From Eledone cirrhosa (taxonomy: Eukaryota): a DNA stretch of 64,000 bases. The stretch covers positions 264,430,001-264,494,000 of the forward strand of contig OZ024743.1 of assembly GCA_964016885.1 (NCBI GenBank), read 5' to 3'. A program made the position numbers and the translations under genes. Below are positions 1-12,689 of this stretch, in pieces (position 1 is the stretch's first letter; the number at the start of each line of letters is the position of its first letter). The notes under the pieces are model-generated. The model worked only from the letters and a program-made list of their open reading frames with translations. It ran no database searches and was not told the origin of the DNA.

Positions 1-1349
1 CTCAGCGCTTCCCCTATTTCAGCGGCTGAAATCGGCCTCTCGCAGGACTTCGCCTCCCCGTCCGAGAGCCGCGCCAGACCGTCGAGGTATGGACCAAAAT
101 CCATGGCCCCACCCGGCCCGCCGCCCCTCCCGAACAGTCGTGCAAAGCGCTGTTGAAAGGCCGCGCTCATCCGCTCAGGTTCAAGGATCACGCGTCCATC
201 CTGGTCCTTCAAAGACCGAATCGTGGACTTGTTTCCACTTTTTGCCTCTGTAACTCGGGCCCAGCTAACAGCGTTGGCTCCCTCGTTACCCAGAGCACGT
301 ATTTTTCTCCTGACAACGCAGCCTTCGTGCTTCGCATCAAAGAACTGGTCTAGGGCCGTTCTTGACGCCAGCACGCCGGCCACGTTGCCACTCCTAATCG
401 CCTCTTCTACTCTATTTGTTAATTCACTTTCAGTTCTATTCCTATCTGATGCTAATTCCCGACTAAAACCTATCGATTCTATTCTAATTTCTCTCTTGAG
501 AGAGCCCCACCACCTGTTGTTGACAATTGCCCCCGTCAAACGCTCCTTAACTAGTGTGCTAATCCGCTCACTGTAAGCTTTGTTTGTCGGTAAAGACAAG
601 TTTAGCTTCCAGTAACCGGGTCCCTGTCTATGAGTTCTATCAAGGTTGACCACTCCGGTCAACAACTTGTGATCCGAATAGTCAACCATGAACATTCGTG
701 GACAGCTTAATCTGTCCCTATCCTTATTTCTAACTAGGAACCTATCTAGGTACGACCTGGATGTTCCGCAGCGATTACTCCACGTCCACCGTGGCACAGT
801 CGGAAAATCCAGTCGATATCTATCGGCCAGATCAAATCGGCCGATTAATCGTTTGAGGCTGTTACACCCCCCTCTATCGGGACATGCCCCTACATAGTCC
901 CAACGTGCATCCAGGATACCATTCCAGTCCCCCACTAAAAGCAAGGAGCGAGACGCTCCCAGGAAATTCTCCAGGCGTCGGAAGAAGTCCGGTCGCGGTG
1001 TCCCCGATAGGGCATACTCTGCCACCAGCCTGAAAGCTCCACCTTCACCACTGCCGACGTCTAAAACCACCAGTCGACTCTCCGGGTCCACGTGTACCTT
1101 CTGTGTGGCAAGGCCCAGGTATTTTCGCAGCAGAACGACAACCCCACCCCCACCCCTCGGCTGACAGAGAGATGCGTAGATCTCAAAGTAGTCGAAGATG
1201 GGGGCCAGTTGGCGCTCGCTGCTGATCCTGGACTCGCAAATAACCATTACATCCACTCTGTGCGACCTGAGGTCATTTAAGAGTTTGCCCTGCTTCCTGG
1301 ACATCCCCAAGCCGCGTGCATTCACACATCCAACTCTTATATTGGCCAT
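1..1349 (-). CDS. L1/Tx1-type LINE ORF2, N-terminal APE endonuclease and linker (continues past window start)
   Basis: Manual translation from ATG 1349: MANIRVGCVNARGLG...LVGDWNGILD...SYLDRFLV...YSDHKL...PGYWKLNLSL. I saw no stop before base 1, which explains its absence from the ORF track. Confidence 0.9.
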   Translation of the reverse strand, partial: MANIRVGCVNARGLGMSRKQGKLLNDLRSHRVDVMVICESRISSERQLAPIFDYFEIYASLCQPRGGGGVVVLLRKYLGLATQKVHVDPESRLVVLDVGSGEGGAFRLVAEYALSGTPRPDFFRRLENFLGASRSLLLVGDWNGILDARWDYVGACPDRGGCNSLKRLIGRFDLADRYRLDFPTVPRWTWSNRCGTSRSYLDRFLVRNKDRDRLSCPRMFMVDYSDHKLLTGVVNLDRTHRQGPGYWKLNLSLPTNKAYSERISTLVKERLTGAIVNNRWWGSLKREIRIESIGFSRELASDRNRTESELTNRVEEAIRSGNVAGVLASRTALDQFFDAKHEGCVVRRKIRALGNEGANAVSWARVTEAKSGNKSTIRSLKDQDGRVILEPERMSAAFQQRFARLFGRGGGPGGAMDFGPYLDGLARLSDGEAKSCERPISAAEIGEAL

Positions 1350-1391
1350 GTTGGTGCTGTAGAGGTAAAAAGGAAGAGGAAAGGAAATTAC

Positions 1392-2989
1392 TTACCTCTT
1401 CGTCTCCTGGGGACCAGGCTGCACAATTTCCATGGGGGTGTTGGAAGGGTTGTTTCGTGGGGTGGTGGTTTGTGGTGGGGTGAGGACATCAGTGTGTGGT
1501 GGGATTAGGGTGTTTGGTGGGGTGTGGGTGTCTGGTGTGGGGGTGGGGAAACATCTCAATAGGACGCTGTTATGTGGTTTGGTGCAGTTGGTCCCCACAT
1601 GCATTGGATGGTTCTTTTTCAAAGTTACATAGGTTCCCGTTGGGACCCTAATCATCATTAGGTGCGGTTTGTTCGCTGCGTAGGTGATGTGATCCCTTCG
1701 GTTTCCACCGAAGGGTTATTTTCTATCGCTTTCATCAACGTTTTATTGTTCTTGTTAATGTATGTATAGAGTTTTTGTTGTGTTGTGTTTGTTTTTGTTT
1801 GTTGTTCTTGCGGGTGTTTGCGTTTTATAGTACGTGTTATGTTTTGGGGAGGGGTGGTTTTTTTTATTTGTGATGTTTGTTCTGTTTGTGCTGGTGGTTG
1901 TGTGTTTGTGGCATTTTTGTTAATGTGGTGCCTTTTTTTTTCCTTTTCACCTGTTGAAAGGGTTCTCCCTCGTCGTCACTCGGTGACGTTGATACGGAGT
2001 CCTCTTCCGTGTTGTTGGGGAGGGGTATATTTTGGGGTTTTGTTGTGGTTGCTTTTGTATTTGTTTTAGGTGGGGAGGGGTTGGGTGGAACAGTGTTTTG
2101 TGTTGTTATTTTTCCGTGTTGTTGTGGTGGTGGTGGTGGTGGTTGTGTTGTTGTGTTCGGAGTTGGCAAGAGAGCCTTTTTTTTTTACTCGTTAATTGAG
2201 GACAGGCAGCCCTCAGGTGATCCCTGCTTAAGCAGTGGTAACATGACGGCCGCCTTCCCTCCACTGAAATGTTTATATAAGTTAGCCCGTCCAGAGGCAC
2301 GCGTTGTGGGATATTCGCTATTCCTTCTGGGCTCATTTGCACCAGAACTTCTACGGTGGTCCCACCAAATACACCTCCGGAGGACTTTCCTATTGAAATT
2401 ATCATGCTTCGTCAAAGTTAATTATTCCACATAGTATCCACCAAATGTTTACATTTGGTGTGATACTCATTATTTTTATTCTTTGTGTCCTTCATTTTGT
2501 GATAATTGAGCTGGTATTCTAGTTACGTTCGATATTGTCCTGAAAACCACAGTTTTCAGGACAGCCTCTCTACGTAATTCCTGTGGAGAATTGATGCTAA
2601 AAGCACCATTTTCGCCAAAAGTCACGAATTGTTTTGCGTCTTGTAATAGTTGTTTAGCATTTGTTATGTCTATTGGCGTGTATAGTTCGTTTTTTTTTAC
2701 GGTCTGTGCAAATGTTGTTTTGGTGTTGTTGTCTTTCGTGTTACTGTCACTGTTGGTAATATTGGTGTTGCTATTGTTGGTTGTGGTGTTGTTGTCATTG
2801 TTCTTGTTGTTGGTGCTGGTATTATTTACCGGGTTTGGTTTCGCGGTTTCGATATTTTCCACGTTTTTCGATGATGCTAGGGGGGACGGCTGCAAGCTTT
2901 GTACTCCTACCTTCCCTCCACCACTTTTCTTAGTGGGCGTGGCACTCACGACAGTGTGCGAGGTGGAAATGGCATCCATTGCCACCAAG
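1392..2989 (-). pseudogene. LINE ORF1 (gag-like, CCHC zinc knuckle), frameshifted
   Basis: ORF pieces 2476-3117, 2106-2405 (CYHCLSRDHLRAAC = CX2CX4HX4C), 1864-2169 and 1392-1658 lie directly upstream of ORF2 on the same strand. Confidence 0.8.
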
Positions 2990-3184
2990 TCTACAGTTTT
3001 TAGATGAAAATTGAAAATTTCGCCCCAGAAAGGGGCGAAAATTTGTTGACTTAACGTCTGACGGCCAAGGCAAGGGGCTAAACCAAACAATGTTATTAAA
3101 TTGATCAATAAACTCACAGTTCTTTTTTACAACAATCCGCAAAAATCCGGAGCAAAGTAAATCACGTCTATATCAAGTGGTAAT

Positions 3185-4140
3185 TGATATAGAGAGGGGT
3201 GTTGGGAGAGGGTGCTGTACGATAGATATATAGAGGGGGAGCGGTTAGTGGTTATGGTTATAGAGAGTGAGATAAGGGTGAGTGCTGTGTGGTAGAGGGT
3301 GGAGGTAGGTGTATGGTAGATATAGAGAGGGGACGAGTTTAGTGGTTATGGATATAGAGACGAAGATAATGAGAGAGTGGCGTCTGATAGATAGAGAGAG
3401 AGAGGGAAAGATTGCTGGTCGTAGATATAGAGAGGGGGGGGGGGCAGTTTAGTGGTTATGCATATGAGGAGAAAATAATGAGAGGGTGCCGTGTAGTAGA
3501 TAGAGAGAGGGGTAGTGAATACTGGTTGTAGATATGGAGAGAGTTTTGGGGAGAGATAGGAGTATAATAGACATAAAGAGGGAGAGAGTTTAGTAATAAG
3601 GGATATATAGAGAGAGATAATGAGAGTGCCCTATGGTAGATAGAATGAGAGTGAGTGTGGTGGTAGTAGATATAGAGAGGGGCTGTTGGGAGAGAGTGAT
3701 GTACGGTAGATATAGAGCGGGGGAGCATTTGGTGGTTTGGGATATAGAGAGTGAGGTAATGAGAGTGCCGTGTGGTAGATATAGAGAAGGGAAGAGTTAG
3801 GTAGTAGCATATATAAAGAGGGGTGTTGCGAGAGAGATTTGTACGCTAAATATAAAGAGGGGTGTTCGGACAGATAGGTGTAGATAGATAGAAAGGGGGA
3901 GAGGTTGGTGGTAGTAGATATAGAGAGGTGTGTTGAGAGAGAGTGTTGTACAGTAGGTAAAGAGAGGGGGGGAGAGATTACTGGTAGTAGATATTGAGAA
4001 GGGTGTTGGGAGAGAGTGTTGTACGGTAGATATAGGGAAGGGGCGAGTGTAGTGGTCGTGAATGATATGAGGGGGATTGGAAGCGATAAGTATAGAGGGA
4101 GAGATTACTAGTAGTAGATATATAAATGGGTGTTGTGAGT
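3185..4140. repeat. Purine-rich degenerate minisatellite
   Basis: Recurrent TAGATATAGAGAGGG-like units with strong G/A strand skew. Confidence 0.75.
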
Positions 4141-4175
4141 GGTATGTGTATGGTTTTCTTTTCTATTTTCCTTTT

Positions 4176-4225
4176 GTGTTAATCCTGATGAAGGGCAAAT
4201 ACCCGATACGTTGATTATGTAACAC
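4176..4225 (+). ncRNA. Minimal type I hammerhead ribozyme, core-mutated
   Basis: taatc-CTGATGA-a-ggg caaata ccc-GATA (for GAAA)-cg-TT-gatta; stem I taatc/gatta extended by gtgtt/aacac. Confidence 0.6.
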
Positions 4226-4395
4226 ATACTTTATTCTCCAAACGTGAAACTAATAAACTTCATGTTATTGCATCCTCTTGTTTGTTCGTTGCGTGTTTTC
4301 TTGACTAATATATAAATATAAATGCATGTGTGTGTGTAGCATTCGTAATGATTACATAGAATTGAAACAGTTCCAGTCCAGTAGACGCGTTTTCT

Positions 4396-4477
<82 letters not shown>

Positions 4478-4563
4478 CTTATATATATATACATATATCA
4501 TTATATATATATATATATATATACGATATAAATAAATGGAAACTATATTTATAAAACCATATT

Positions 4564-4629
4564 TATTTCATTATATATATTTCAGGGATATCATATTAAC
4601 AATATGTTATGCCTTCTTCAGACAAAATA
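4564..4629 (-). ncRNA. Type I hammerhead ribozyme
   Basis: Minus strand: tattttgt-CTGAAGA-agg...catatt gtt aatatg...cct-GAAA-tatata-TA-atgaaata; 8-bp stem I including 2 GU pairs. Confidence 0.7.
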
Positions 4630-4711
4630 CAATATAGACAGTTTTATAGATAAATAGATTTGAAATACCGTTCAACATCGACTTGTATTTGATATATATA
4701 TTTATTTAAAA

Positions 4712-5927
4712 ATAAATGGAATAGAATGAAACGAAATTTCATTTCTCCCTCTTAGTACGGCGCTTACTTAAATGTAAGTATGTATGCATGTATACGTACA
4801 TACATATATGTATATATATATATATATGTAAATAAACAACCACCCCGAATTACGCCGTACAGTGTTTAGGCAACCATCGTCACCTTTTTGTTCAACACTG
4901 ACACAGGAATGATGTACTAGTTTCTAGCTTATTAGCTATCGCCAGCATCGTATACCTTCCTGCCAGATGGTTGAACGTCTGAAAGTATATACTTTCCTTA
5001 TGCATATTAACGGCTGAGCAGCCTAATTTGCATATCGAGTGAGTTCTGCCGGCCACACCGAAAACGATAAATGGAATAGAATAAAACGAAATTTCATTTC
5101 TCAATCTTAGTCTGGCACTTACTTAAACGTAAATATGTATGCATGTATACGTACATACATATATGTATACAGACCTATAGTAGTATGTATATATATATAT
5201 ACATACATGCACACATATATATATGCACGTATCGGTTTACCGAACATTTATTATAATGCTCGGTTTGTTTGTTTGTAAACAAAAAAACAGACCTAATTAC
5301 GCCGTACAGTGTTTAGGCAACCACGTCACCTTTTCGTTCAACACTGACACAGGAACGATGTACTAGTTTCAAGCTTGTTAGCTATCGTCATCATCGTATA
5401 CCTTCCTGCCAGATGGTTGAACGTCTGAAAGTATATCATTTCCTCATGCATATTAACGGCTGAGGAGCCTAATTTGCATATCCAGTGATTTCAGTCGGCC
5501 GGGCACACCGAAAACGACAAATGGAATAGAATGAAACGAAATTTCGGTGTGCCTGGCCGACTGAACTCACTCGATATGCAAATTAGGCTGCTCAGCCGTT
5601 AATATGCATAAGGAAAGTATATACTTTCAGACGTTCAACCATCTTGCAGGAAGGTATACGATGCTGACGATAGCTAATAAGCTTGAAACTAGTACATCGT
5701 TCCTGTGTCAGTGTTGAACAAAAAGGTGACGATGGTTGCCTAAATACTGTATGACGTAATTCGGGCTGTTTGTTTGTTTACAACGAAACAAACCGAGCAT
5801 TATAATAAATGTTCGGTAAACTGATACGTGCATATATATATGTGTGCATGTATGTATATATATACATACTACTGTATGTCTGTATACATATATGTATGTA
5901 CGTATACATGCATACATACTTACATTT
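4712..5927. mobile_element. HHR-bearing non-coding tandem/foldback element (retrozyme-like family A, ~445-bp unit), locus 1
   Basis: Two minus-sense units (HHRs at 4911-4949 and 5355-5397, 446 bp apart), inversion at about 5543, then a plus-sense unit ending in (TA)n; no ORF. Confidence 0.85.
5658..5700 (+). ncRNA. Intact-core type I hammerhead ribozyme (family A)
   Basis: acgatg-CTGACGA-t agct aata agct t-GAAA-ctag-TA^catcgt; predicted cleavage after 5694. Confidence 0.85.
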
Positions 5928-5974
5928 ATATATATATATATATATAATCATTATATATATATAACATGGGGTGG

Positions 5975-6160
5975 GGTGGATTGGTAGTATCAGTAGAGGG
6001 TCGGATGCCATGCTTTCCAGCATAGTTACGTCCCTTTATGATCTGAGTTCAAATCCCGCCGAGGTTGACTTTGCCTTTCATCCTTACGGGGTCGATAAAA
6101 TAAAGTAGCAGTAATGCACTGGGTAATTGCTGGCCTTGTGCCTAAAGTAGAAACAATTAT
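5975..6160 (+). mobile_element. tRNA-derived SINE
   Basis: B-box GAGTTCAAATCCC followed by core CTTTGCCTTTCATCCTTACGGGGTCGATAAAATAAAGT; further copies or fragments at about 13430, 14736, 15300, 32290, 48405 and 55103. Confidence 0.8.
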
Positions 6161-6222
6161 ATATATATATATAAGATATGGCAACATGAATGACCCTGTT
6201 ACTTTTCTGTAAAATCTCTTTA

Positions 6223-6257
<35 letters not shown>

Positions 6258-6323
6258 TGTGTGAGTGTGTGTGTATGTGTGTGTGTGTGTGTTTCCGCTG
6301 GAATCTTTTAATCACTATATATA

Positions 6324-6391
<68 letters not shown>

Positions 6392-6395
<4 letters not shown>

Positions 6396-8169
6396 CAGCG
6401 GAGGTCACCGATCTTGTGGGAATTTACATAGCCCACATACTACATGGTAAATTTAGTAATCTACAGGGGGGAATATATAGAGATGACGGGCTCTTATGAG
6501 TTAATTACTTAAATAACCAACATCTTGAAAGGCTACGGAAAAACATTAGAAAATCTTTTAGTGAACTGGGTCTAAAAATAACGTACGAATACAATCTTAA
6601 AGTAGTAGATTTTCTAGACGTAACTCTTAATTTAAATACAGGACTGATACGACCCTTCCACAAGATAAATGAGAACCTAACCTATATCAATTTTAACTCA
6701 AACGACCCACTTTCCATGATCAAATCGGTTCCCCGTAGTATTTCTCTTAGAATCTCTCGCCAATCGTCTGACTCTGAGATTTTTAGTGAACATGCTGAAT
6801 ACTATAATAATACATTAAGGAATGCCGACCACCGGCATACAATTGAATACATTGATAATAATCTCCATAACACACATAGCTCTACACGAAATCAAAGAAT
6901 ACGTAACCGGGGTACTGAAATACAAGCGCACTTACGCAGTACCACCAGACATACTAATAATAGAAAATCATCACCAAATAAATCACGTTGTAGAAAGTAT
7001 ATCTGGTATAATCCCATTTTTAATGCTTCGATTAGTACAAAACTATCTCTTTCATTCTTTAAGTTATTCAACAAGCATTTCCCTAGTTCCCATTAATATA
7101 GTAACATTCTGAACTCTAAAACTATTAAACTATCATACTCCACTGCACCAAACCTTGAAGCATACATAAAAAAATTTAATTTAAAGCAATTAAACAACAC
7201 TACAAAACAAAATATTTTAATAACAGATTAGCATAACGTAGTATCGGCCTCCCAACCACTAAATGGGAGACGGGTATTACATAACCCACCTGTACTGCTA
7301 TCCCAACCTATCCATGGTATACCCGCTACCCACAACAAAAACTGTAACTGCCACCTTCCTGAAATATGTCCATTGAAGAATAAGTACCTAAAGTCCGACA
7401 TTGTTTACCAATGCACTGTTGAATCGTACGACCAGAAATGGTATTACATCGGGTCTACCACTACTTCCTTTAAATCTAGCTGGTATCGTCATGGATTCTC
7501 AATTAAACATCCTAATCACCGTTTTGTGACCACGCTCGCCAACAAGACCTGGCAACTCCGTGAACGCAACCAACAGTTCATCTTGAAATGGGATATACTT
7601 TCCAGCGCTAGTGCATATCGGAGTGGATTGAAGTACTGTAGGTTCTGTAACCTTGAACTCTTTTACATCTTAAAATCCAAAAATAAATTACTAAATGATA
7701 GAATCGAACGATCATTATACTGCAAGCACAAACTGAAGGCTAACTTCTCTCACTATAAAATAACTTAACATTCGAACCCGTAACTATAACATTGCTTTCT
7801 AGCTAACCACTTTCTCTTCCCCCACATTACAAGACAATGCCCTGCTTATCACTATAAATGGAAACTTAGTGCAATTTGTAGACTACTACTATGAACTCAA
7901 TGTACAGCCATCCCATAGCTTTCGTTTGTCCCCTCTCTATCTCTCCCTCTCTATTCATTCCACCCCCTCTCTCTCTCTCTCGCCCTAGGTCCACCTCCAT
8001 CCCTCTCCACATCTATGAACTTGCCCTCTGTGGCAATAAATAATTCCAGCCTTGACTATCAACGCATCGCTTAAGGTGGTCGCTTTAAGAGTAACCAGTA
8101 TAATAAAACCCCTACCACAACATTTTGATTAAGATATCTACAAACCACTCTCTCCCATTTCTCCAACCG

Positions 8170-8208
<39 letters not shown>

Positions 8209-8535
8209 TCCCCTTCTTTTCTCTCTTCCGTTTCTACTCTATCTTCCCCAATAACCTCCCTTAAGGTATTTACATTGTACATTTTAACCATTCTGCTCTG
8301 AAGATACAGTGGTCACAGCATTCGATAATTCAGTTTTGCAAATAGTTATAAATTTGCACGTAGCATAACTAGGCTGTATAACCACCGTGGAAACATTTGT
8401 AAGCACACAGAATAAATTACTGCAATGCTAGGCTGAATTACGTATCAACCTTAAGCATCATTTACCGGCAAATAAATGTATACAATTACAAGTAAACATA
8501 TATGTAGAATCCGTTGAGCATATAAGCCTGTATAC
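6392..8535 (+). mobile_element. 5'-truncated Penelope-like element (RT, C-terminal GIY-YIG, 3' pLTR), degraded
   Basis: AEVTDLVG...GGIYRDDGLL RT motifs and CNC..CPL..IVYQCTV..YYIGSTTTSFK endonuclease (7373-7768); flanked by microsatellites. Confidence 0.9.
8291..8412 (+). ncRNA. Hammerhead ribozyme with long stem II in PLE 3' pLTR
   Basis: tgct-CTGAAGA-tacagtggt...accaccgtg-GAAA-catttg-TA^agca. Confidence 0.7.
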
Positions 8536-8621
8536 ACTAGAAAGCATACGACTGATGTATGTATGTATGTATGTATGTATGTATGTATGTATGTATGTAT
8601 GTATGTATGTATGTATGTATG

Positions 8622-8654
<33 letters not shown>

Positions 8655-11600
8655 ACGTGTGTGTGTGTGTACGTGTGTGTATGTATGTGTGTGTGTATGG
8701 TGTTGTTTATGAGAAAGAGAGAGAGAGAGTGAGAGCGAGAGAGAGCGAGCAAGAAAAATAATCTGTGTGTGTGTATTTTAAACAGCAGTGACAAAATGAA
8801 AAAGCGATGTAGTTTGAACGAATTTCTCTGCAAGATTCGTTCTGCACTGAGTATCTTGTCGATCAAAGATATCAGTGAACCAATGATATGTCTGTTGGAA
8901 ACTTGTAAACATCGACGTCATTGATTAACTGTGATATAAAATATATATATTGAAAGCATAAAATAGAAGTAGCGGTTTCGTAATAGTTTCGTTGCTAAAT
9001 TTTTAACATGACATTTTATGTTCAGTTGAATACGAGTCTGTTTCCTTCAGGTGAATTCTGATTGCGCATTTTCTGGTGTTTGATTTTTATTTTGCGTGTG
9101 TGGGATCTTTGACTATTGAAAAATTTGCGATTTTACATATCAAGTTGATTTTTTGTATGTGCTTTTTTTTTTTTTTACTATTTATCCTATAAAGGTCTGG
9201 TGTGATGGTTTAAGATTTTGCGAGTTTGAGATGAGTCTGAGTTATTTTGGGTTTCTATTTCTAGCAGGCCTAAGTGATCACATGAAGGCTCACACATTAG
9301 CTTGAGAGTGAATAAAGTAAATTGTTTGGTGAAAGTGTGTTGCAGCGTCCGGTTGCAATGCGTCAGGTCTTTGGAAACGAAATATCGTGTATCGCTTTTT
9401 TTTTTGTGTTGAACGTTTTGGAGAATATTTCACATTAGAAGACAGTGTGTACATGGCATGAACATATAAAGAGGGTGTGGGAAGGAATTGTGTTTTATGC
9501 AGTGTTAGATTAGAAGCATGCATACAAAAACCAAAACAGACATTATAGGCTACATATTTCTACTGTGATTTTATGCCTCGCTATTTTATTCCTCTCGTTC
9601 ATACTGTTCTGAAGAAATATATTTATAGTTTTAAAATCAACACAGTCTTCCAATTGCTAAATTTGTCTGAGAGGGCAAAGTTTATCTGTTTCTGTATGAA
9701 AAGGAATTAGCCTAATTCATATATGTTTTGTTGTTTTGTTTTTGAGGAAATACGAATTTGTTGCCTTTAACTAAATGTGTAGAAACCATGTATACTTGTT
9801 GTTTAACTCGACATTCACATCGAACTGCAATCACCCATACTTCATTTTTACCAGATGTAGAAACATGTTAACAGTTAAATAAATTCTGGTTTATATAAAA
9901 TGCTTATCTTCGATGTCAGGCGTTTATTTTTGCTTCATCTTATATAAATAACTTAATCTCCAGAAAAGGCCCAAATGAACATCCTGTTTTAAGTTCTCCC
10001 CCATTACTTTCTTCCTCTTTCTTTTTCTCTCTCGCTTCCTCCTACCCCCAAGTTCTTCCTTCTCTGTGTCTTGCAACTTCAGATATTTTTGTCAGGCTTC
10101 TTATTCTTTATTTTATTTTAACTGAACATACATAGTTTCGTGTAGAACCAGAAAAGAGTGCAATAAATACCATCATATATTTCCAACTTCATTTTTGTGT
10201 GAGGTTATATCAAAGAAAAATCATTGACTTGACATATAGACACAGGATGTGTGTAAGGTGTATACTCGTTTTGCTGCTAATTTGCTTGTGTTGTATGTCT
10301 GTATAGGGTGCTCTCTGATCTTTAATACGTTCCAAATAATATTTTTGTAAATTTATATTTTAAGCCCATTTAGTTTTTCCCACGATATATCAAAAGTTTT
10401 TCTCTTCCTACGTATCAATGTGGAATTTTAAACCTACAGATGGATTCGAAATTGTGAAATATATTGTGTTTCAGAATGGTCTGTAAATGTGTTGTTTCTT
10501 TCCTTATGTAGAAGAAGCTTTTTGTAGAAATAGTAACCTCTAGTTACAGCATACGGTATTGTAAAAAACTGACGGGTTCGCCATTGTTTTCTGGACTTCA
10601 AGACATGATTAGTATTTCAAATAAAATACGCCACCCATTTTAAAACCAGATAAATAGAGGCATAAAAATCATTGTTTATCCAGAAACATATTTTTACGTA
10701 AGATGTTACAGACACGCAGCAACATTCATTGCGAAATATAATGATGTCATTCCCACTTCGTCAGACACAAAAAGGCCACCGCATGAAACCCACTACTATC
10801 ATCTATCCACAGCATCAACAACAGCAACGAGAGCAGCAAACAAAATATGAGTGTTGAAAGTTAATAACAGAAGAAACCCAGCACCGCAAAAAAATAGTTG
10901 TGACAACAGCAGCAAAAAAAAAACAACACAAACAAAACGTATTTCACAGGTATGACGGCATGAACAAGGGGACTGTTCCGAATGTCTCTCAAAAATGGAG
11001 ATAGAAACAGGCAAAAACAACTCAGATCACTCGTTAGAGTTACCCATCAATGCATGGTTTCTTCCCTTGCGGCAGTCGGTTTCGGTTCCATTTCCCGAGG
11101 CTGAATGACTACAATGTGCAGTGTTATGTGCTCAGTAGACGGAGTAAATTACCACCCAAACGATATTTTCAGATTTAAGCGCCTGTTCAATCTAGTATCT
11201 TCGGTATATACCGATTCAAAAGCCAGAGAGGAAGCAGGTTGAGAGACATCCACCACGAACTCGGATGCGGAAGATAACTGTCGGCAAATGCGTACAACGT
11301 AACGTATTGGAGAACAAGCATAAAGAAGTGATCGACACCGTAATAAGGGAATACTTAGCGGTATCAGAAGAGAGAATTAATTAGCAAACCTTAAGAAACC
11401 TGTATCTCAACAATCAACAGTGGCGTGGGGCGGTAGATGCACGTAAATGTGAGATTGCTTGGGTTCTGGGAAGGTTAAGATCACCAGTATGACAAAACCT
11501 GTGATGAGGTGATGAGATAATTAATTGTTTGCACCTAGAAATCGTTCGAAAAGAAGCTAACCCTGAAATGCTGGACAGAGTTGGGGAACACCTATATCAC

Positions 11601-12689
11601 CACCACACAATGTTACCATCTAATCGCCGGTATTTGTAACAGTTCCATTCTGACCAGACGGGAACGTCTGTTCTTTTTCTTTTTGTGGAAGGAACTCCAT
11701 CCACTTGTCAGGTGTTCTATTTTCTGTCAACATACGCTGTGTGCAGGACTTGAGGTGTTGTGGATGATGATGCGCAGGCATGACCCATGGCCGCGTTATG
11801 TTCAGCGTTTTTGTTTTTGCCCGGCAGTGCTACTGATCCACATTGAAGGTTTGGGATACACAAAGCACACACATCCAGTACCACAATATTGCTGACTTTC
11901 TGTTGGGTGGATATGGCTGAGTCTATTGCAAAGATCTCCCTGCCCCTGTCCTTTGGCTAGAAAGGAAAGCAGAATTTTGTGACTAGTGGCCACGGTGAGA
12001 GTTTGTGGCGGAGAAGTTTGTCTAACCTTCATAGACATGTTCAAGTTTCACTTAAAAAAACGAAAATGTGGATAGAGAGAGAATTGCTACCTTATAGTAT
12101 ATTTGTTGAAAAGGGGATGAGAGTGTCGAGCATGTTTGCCCCTATAGATTGGACAATAACCTGCAAAAGTCACATGCTGTAGTGGTCAGGACGAAACTCT
12201 TTATTATGCATTTTCCGACGAGAGTTCTTCGTACGTCTCCCTGGCATGGAAACCTCTTCGTTTAAATGTTATTGTTAGCTCTTTAGGTTTTGTTTTTCCG
12301 TCTCATAATTACACGAGTCCTTAAAAGCTCCCTGTATCTTATTGTATCACTCATAAGGTCTCTTTTGTAAACCATGTCTTGCTAATATAGAAACCCTTAT
12401 CAATATCATTATTATCATGCAAGGGCAGTGTAGCGCAAGGATAGCAGATTTCATATGGCTCGTGACTGCAGAGACAGAACAGAAAGGACTGAAGATAGAC
12501 ATTTTCCTATTCGGCCAAGCCTTCATGGACATTTGCAAGTCCCACGTTGCAAGCAAGCTGAATATTTGAGGTGCTGCAACCTGTAGAATGAATCATGGGA
12601 AAAAGAAGAATTTAAACAAGACAGAGAATTACAACTTGAATAGACGGAAAGATAAAAATATGCGGTCAATCCTTTCGTGAAATGCCTGA

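Larger units (their letters stand above)
1..3170 (-). mobile_element. 5' portion of an L1/Tx1-clade non-LTR retrotransposon
   Basis: ORF1 plus APE ORF2 in tandem and a short 5' UTR starting near AGACGTG at about 3170. Confidence 0.85.

Noticed and set aside
153-1280. Plus-strand ORFs at the window start
   Set aside because: Antisense shadows of the minus-strand LINE ORF2.
5975-6065. tRNA gene
   Set aside because: B-box present but no convincing cloverleaf, and it runs into a SINE core repeated across the window.
10940-12600. Host exons or transposase in this moderately GC-richer stretch
   Set aside because: No recognisable motif or consistent splice pattern; probably decayed repeats.
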